From the NCBI GenBank assembly GCA_036172245.1, contig JAYWIR010000040.1, positions 1,178,001-1,242,000 on the forward strand: DNA of 64,000 nt, read 5' to 3'. The notes under the pieces are model-generated. The model saw nothing but the letters and a program-made list of their open reading frames with translations. It made no database searches and had not been told where the DNA came from. The DNA is from Raillietiella orientalis. Its lineage: Eukaryota. Positions within the stretch are counted from its first letter, which is position 1, and every line of letters begins with the position of its first letter. The position numbers and the translations under genes are program-made. Shown here in pieces: positions 60,001 to 64,000 of the stretch.

Positions 60001-63000
60001 CTGCATGTGGTCATCAGTTTCCTAAGCAAAGTGAATTCCGGCGGTCGTTCGGGCGCTTCCCGTGCGCGCGGCATCCTCGGAATGAAATTCCCGGACGGCA
60101 GCAGTCCCCCTTTCTTTCTGATCCTCTTTGCCACAAAAGCGCTGCGATGGATCTCGGATCGTTTTCGGCACGTCATTTGTCACAGCTAAAGACCATTCCT
60201 TGGACTGCGCGTCTGTGATGGGTGGTGAGTGCGCCCGTCGACTCGGGGGCGAATTCCCGTACGACCTGGCGAATGGGAGCCTCCCTGCCGGGTGGGCGCG
60301 CGCGCGTTCCGAACCTTCGGCAGTGGCGGATGCAGGCACGGCGAAGACAAACGGTTCAAGAGACAGCCGCATTCCCGGAAGAAGCGGTTCACAAAGGAGC
60401 TCCGAGGAGCTGGCAAGGTGAGCCGCTGCAGCATAAGAAGGAAAGAGCGACCGAGATCCCTCCCCCTACCCTTCCCCCGTTTTCTTTCCGCCTAATAAGG
60501 GACGCAAGGGAGCATATTCAAGCATTTTCCAGCTTACTCGAAATTACTTTCTCCTCTTCTGATTTCCTCTTGTTGTTAACTTGACGGGATAAGGAAAACA
60601 AGACGGATGTTAGTTTCAGTTTCCGCGTCAGCGGATGCACAAACGAAAGAATTTCTTCCTGAGAGCAGCAGTACTTCTAGTGATCTCGGAACCCTGGGCT
60701 CTTTTCTTCCGAAAGCGACTCGTCTGCAGAAAATGCGGGGCATGCAATCCCGACCGCGGCTCCCGTCCTGGAGTTCGGGAAGTTCCAGCCCTGACGCTGG
60801 TCTCCCGGAGGCCGCATCCCTTATGCAAAGCATGCTCCATTTGTTGGAAAAATACGCGAAAATTAGGCAGCAGCCGTGATGTGAAAACATCCAAAGAAAA
60901 CAGGGAAGACGCTCGTGAGGCATCGATTTGCTATTTCTGGTTCGTGAAACGGCCTCGATGCTCGCCCATCCACGGCTAGAAGGTATTGTACCGCCCATCA
61001 GGAGAACCCTTTGACTCAGTGAAGGTAGCACGAACGGATGCAGCAGCCACTAGAATTTCTTACTACCTCGATCGCCGAAGCTGAGCTGTGCATCGAGATG
61101 AGAGCAAGCGGTACGCATTTTGGCAATCCTACAAGGTAACTATCATCTACCATCCTGCTGGTCTCGGGAGTTCCATAGGTGCACTGAACGGTGGGCTGTT
61201 GCCATGAAAGCACGCAGCTCAGATGAGACAGGGTCATTTCTGCTCCTGTGATATGCGAAAACGGGCACCTGGACCAGGGCGCCTCCCGAAAAGAATATCG
61301 ACCGTTTCAAAGGAAAGGGCGGTCACTGAAACCGATTCGGGAATTTTTTTAGCAGCAGAGCCCAGAAATAACGGCATGGCATTTCCAGCCTTGTCCAGAA
61401 TGATCTAAGGCGTCTTGAGGATAGATAGAGGAACTCCAGTGTGCGAAGCACAAGAAAGGAAAAGCACGCAGGATCTCAGAACTAATTGCAACTTGAAAGA
61501 AGAGGTCAAGAGACGGAAGAGAGGTCATAACTCAGGGGTTTGGCGTCTGAAGCACACATCCCGTCCGTGGACAACGACCCGTTCACGTACTTCTGCATAA
61601 CACTTTCGGTCAACGGAAAGAGTAGATTCTACGCCTCCCCCCCCCCCCACATTTTTCCTTCATGGTTTCGATCTTTGCTGGGCCAATGAGATCATTTTAT
61701 TTTGTTGTTAGGTTCCTGAGCAGCACATGCAATTTGGATCATTGATAGAGCCGAAAGTACTTTTCGCAGTCGGCTGCGTACACGCTCGGCCAATCTCTGG
61801 ATTGCCTTCTGGTTCATTTCCAGCCAAATGCAAGTTCCACTGAGCTCCACTTAATCAGAAGATCAGAGTATGCTGCTCGGGTCTCCTGAGCAGGAACGCC
61901 TCGCACTCGCGAACGATCAGACGTCTGAGCGTTGAGCCTTTACGGGAGACGTCTGCTGATTCGGGATTAAGGTGTGGAGCGAATGTGCGGTATGTGGGAA
62001 TGCGAGATATCGATATCTTGAACTCATTTGCTGATTAAGTGGCAGGAAAGGTGAAGATAAATTGCATCGTAAGGAGACCACTTGAAAGAGGCAAAACGGC
62101 TCTGAGTTAAAAGAAAAAATAACAACAACGTGCGACTGGGATGTGCACGCGAAACCGTCCAGAGAGTGGCCTGCGAATCGCTCCCGGGCCGGGTTGGTCA
62201 GGTTCACGGCCATCATCCTGCTGCTGCGCAAACTCATTTCGTGGTGAGGTTTGCGGCGGTTCTTTTGCTGTAAAGTCGCCGTCCTTCCACTCTTTTCGAG
62301 AGGGCGATGCAGCTTCTTCCGAAACAAGGTCACAGAACCCAAATGCCGTTGGCTTCGCGCACAAAACACCGTAGTAGTGGAGATGCCACGGTGTGACGCT
62401 GCACAGAAGCTCACCAAAAGCGTTCCCGCTTCTGATTGAAGGGACGAACGGAACAAGGGTCCGTACCATACAGCGGTGATGTACACTGCACCACGCATAA
62501 CTGTGTCAAGCGCAAAACGAAAGGGTGATTGCTCAAAAGCGCGCAGATGAAAAAGAAGAAGAAGAAGAAAAAGTTTTCGACAGAAAGGGAAAACCGCAAA
62601 AAAAAAAAAAAAAAAAAAAAATCCAGCTGCTAAAACTGCTTGATGGTCCATGCAGATTCGCTCCTGCATTCGAGTTTTAAATGTCAGGTTTGACACGAGT
62701 CAGCGGGACGAGCGATCGGCGGCGTTCTTTCCTTGTGAAGTTACGAAGATGGAAGCATCCTTCTGCAACGGAAGTGTGGGCAATTCATGGAGACACGAAG
62801 ATCGGTCGTGGAAAGAGGAAAAGCTGTGAACTGGAGGCGGCGGAAGCTGGGGCTACACCTCACATGGGGAACCACCACCCAGCCACATGACGTGGAAAAC
62901 GCGACCCCCGCTGGTGGCGCTCGTCTGGGACCGCCCGCTTCCCGAAAACAGCCTGCTCTGTAGCAGGAGACCTGAGGGTACTGTTCCCCAAAGCGGATCG

Positions 63001-64000
63001 CTTTCCGATTTTTCATCTCCCGTCGAGAGATTCGATCCTTCGGGATAAGTCGCTTTGCATCCCTTACGCTCCCGATGAATGCGCTAACTATCCCGCGCCG
63101 GCAGCTTTCCTCCCGCCCCTCGTCTTGCTTTTTAGAAAGAGCCGTGTGCCGTTGTTGCCCGTTGGAACACCTCCGTGCCAACACCGAACTTCGAACAAGG
63201 TGTTCAACCGAAGTTTCCGAAGATCGTGATGGAAACATCTTCAGTCTGTCATCTACCCCATCATTAATTGACGATTGAGATGAACAGCTCGCAACGTGCT
63301 GCGCACTTTCCTTCTCTGGTCCGCATGCTGCAAACATGCAGTCGCCGTCTGAGTTATCTCCGCCATCAAAATGACGAATTGCATTAAATTTTCGTGCTGC
63401 CTCTCTTAATTGGTTCTGAATGAAATGAGACTTTGTTTGCCCCTCTCAAATTGCTCGCAATGCGCCATCGCCATGTTGCGAACCGCCTAAAAGTTGGTTG
63501 GTCGACTGAAAAAGGAAAAAAAAGGTAAATGCCATTTTTTCTTTTCTTTTCCTTTTGAAATGCTTGGTGCTGATCATGAAATTCTCAGCTAGATGCGGAT
63601 TCAAATGAGAAAGCGAGCCGAGGTCCGGTTCGGAAATCTTCCCCGTGAAACCTGCGCAAAATCTTGTGCTCCTGTAGCCTCCTGGAAGCTCTGCTTGAGA
63701 GCGATTCCGGAAAACTTCCGAGACCGATCGCGGATGGCAGTGGCAGCCTGCAAGAGCTTTGGTCACAGAAAAAACGACTACGAAGATTCCGGGGATGGAG
63801 GAGGGGGCGGGGAGGGGGGCGAAAAAAAAGGAAAGAAAGAAGTGAAACCGTAAGTTTCCACACATCGCCAATGCCGTACACACAGTACCAAAGATAGGAG
63901 GACCACGAGAGGTTCCTACGATCGGAGACAAGCCCAATGAGGATGCGCGATCGCCTTGTCTTTCGATGGCACCGACCAGCCCTATTTGTGCTCTCCGTTC

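Noticed and set aside
1..64000. Deltavirus- or viroid-like look of the C-run/G-run sequence
   Set aside because: I recognised no delta-antigen-like ORF, no HDV ribozyme and no long rod-like self-complementarity. The composition is window-wide.

Overview
This is GC-rich eukaryotic genomic DNA with GT-AG spliceosomal introns, most likely from an arthropod or other protostome animal; it is not prokaryotic. Most of the six-frame ORFs are artefacts of the high GC content. I could assemble four real genes by hand: (1) a 3-exon SIFamide-receptor-like rhodopsin-class GPCR (+, 22710-37687, 13.4-kb first intron, ~447 aa); (2) a 3-coding-exon dithiol glutaredoxin (+, 43554-44687, ~272 aa) with unusual Cys-rich extensions at both ends; (3-4) two tandem PI-PLC X-domain (PLCXD-like) paralogues (-, 47109-48513 and 55887-57079) whose first exons I could not place. 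The intergenic DNA is repeat-rich. It holds three ~600-650-bp copies of a tRNA-headed SINE-like element plus fragments, two other dispersed repeat pairs (~400 bp and 194 bp), and many decayed L1/Tx1-type non-LTR retrotransposon ORF2 remnants. One remnant at 14.9-18.5 kb has its N- and C-terminal halves on opposite strands, resembling a 5'-inverted insertion. All similarity calls were made by eye from motifs; no searches were run. I found no CRISPR array, rRNA, intact tRNA or convincing ribozyme.
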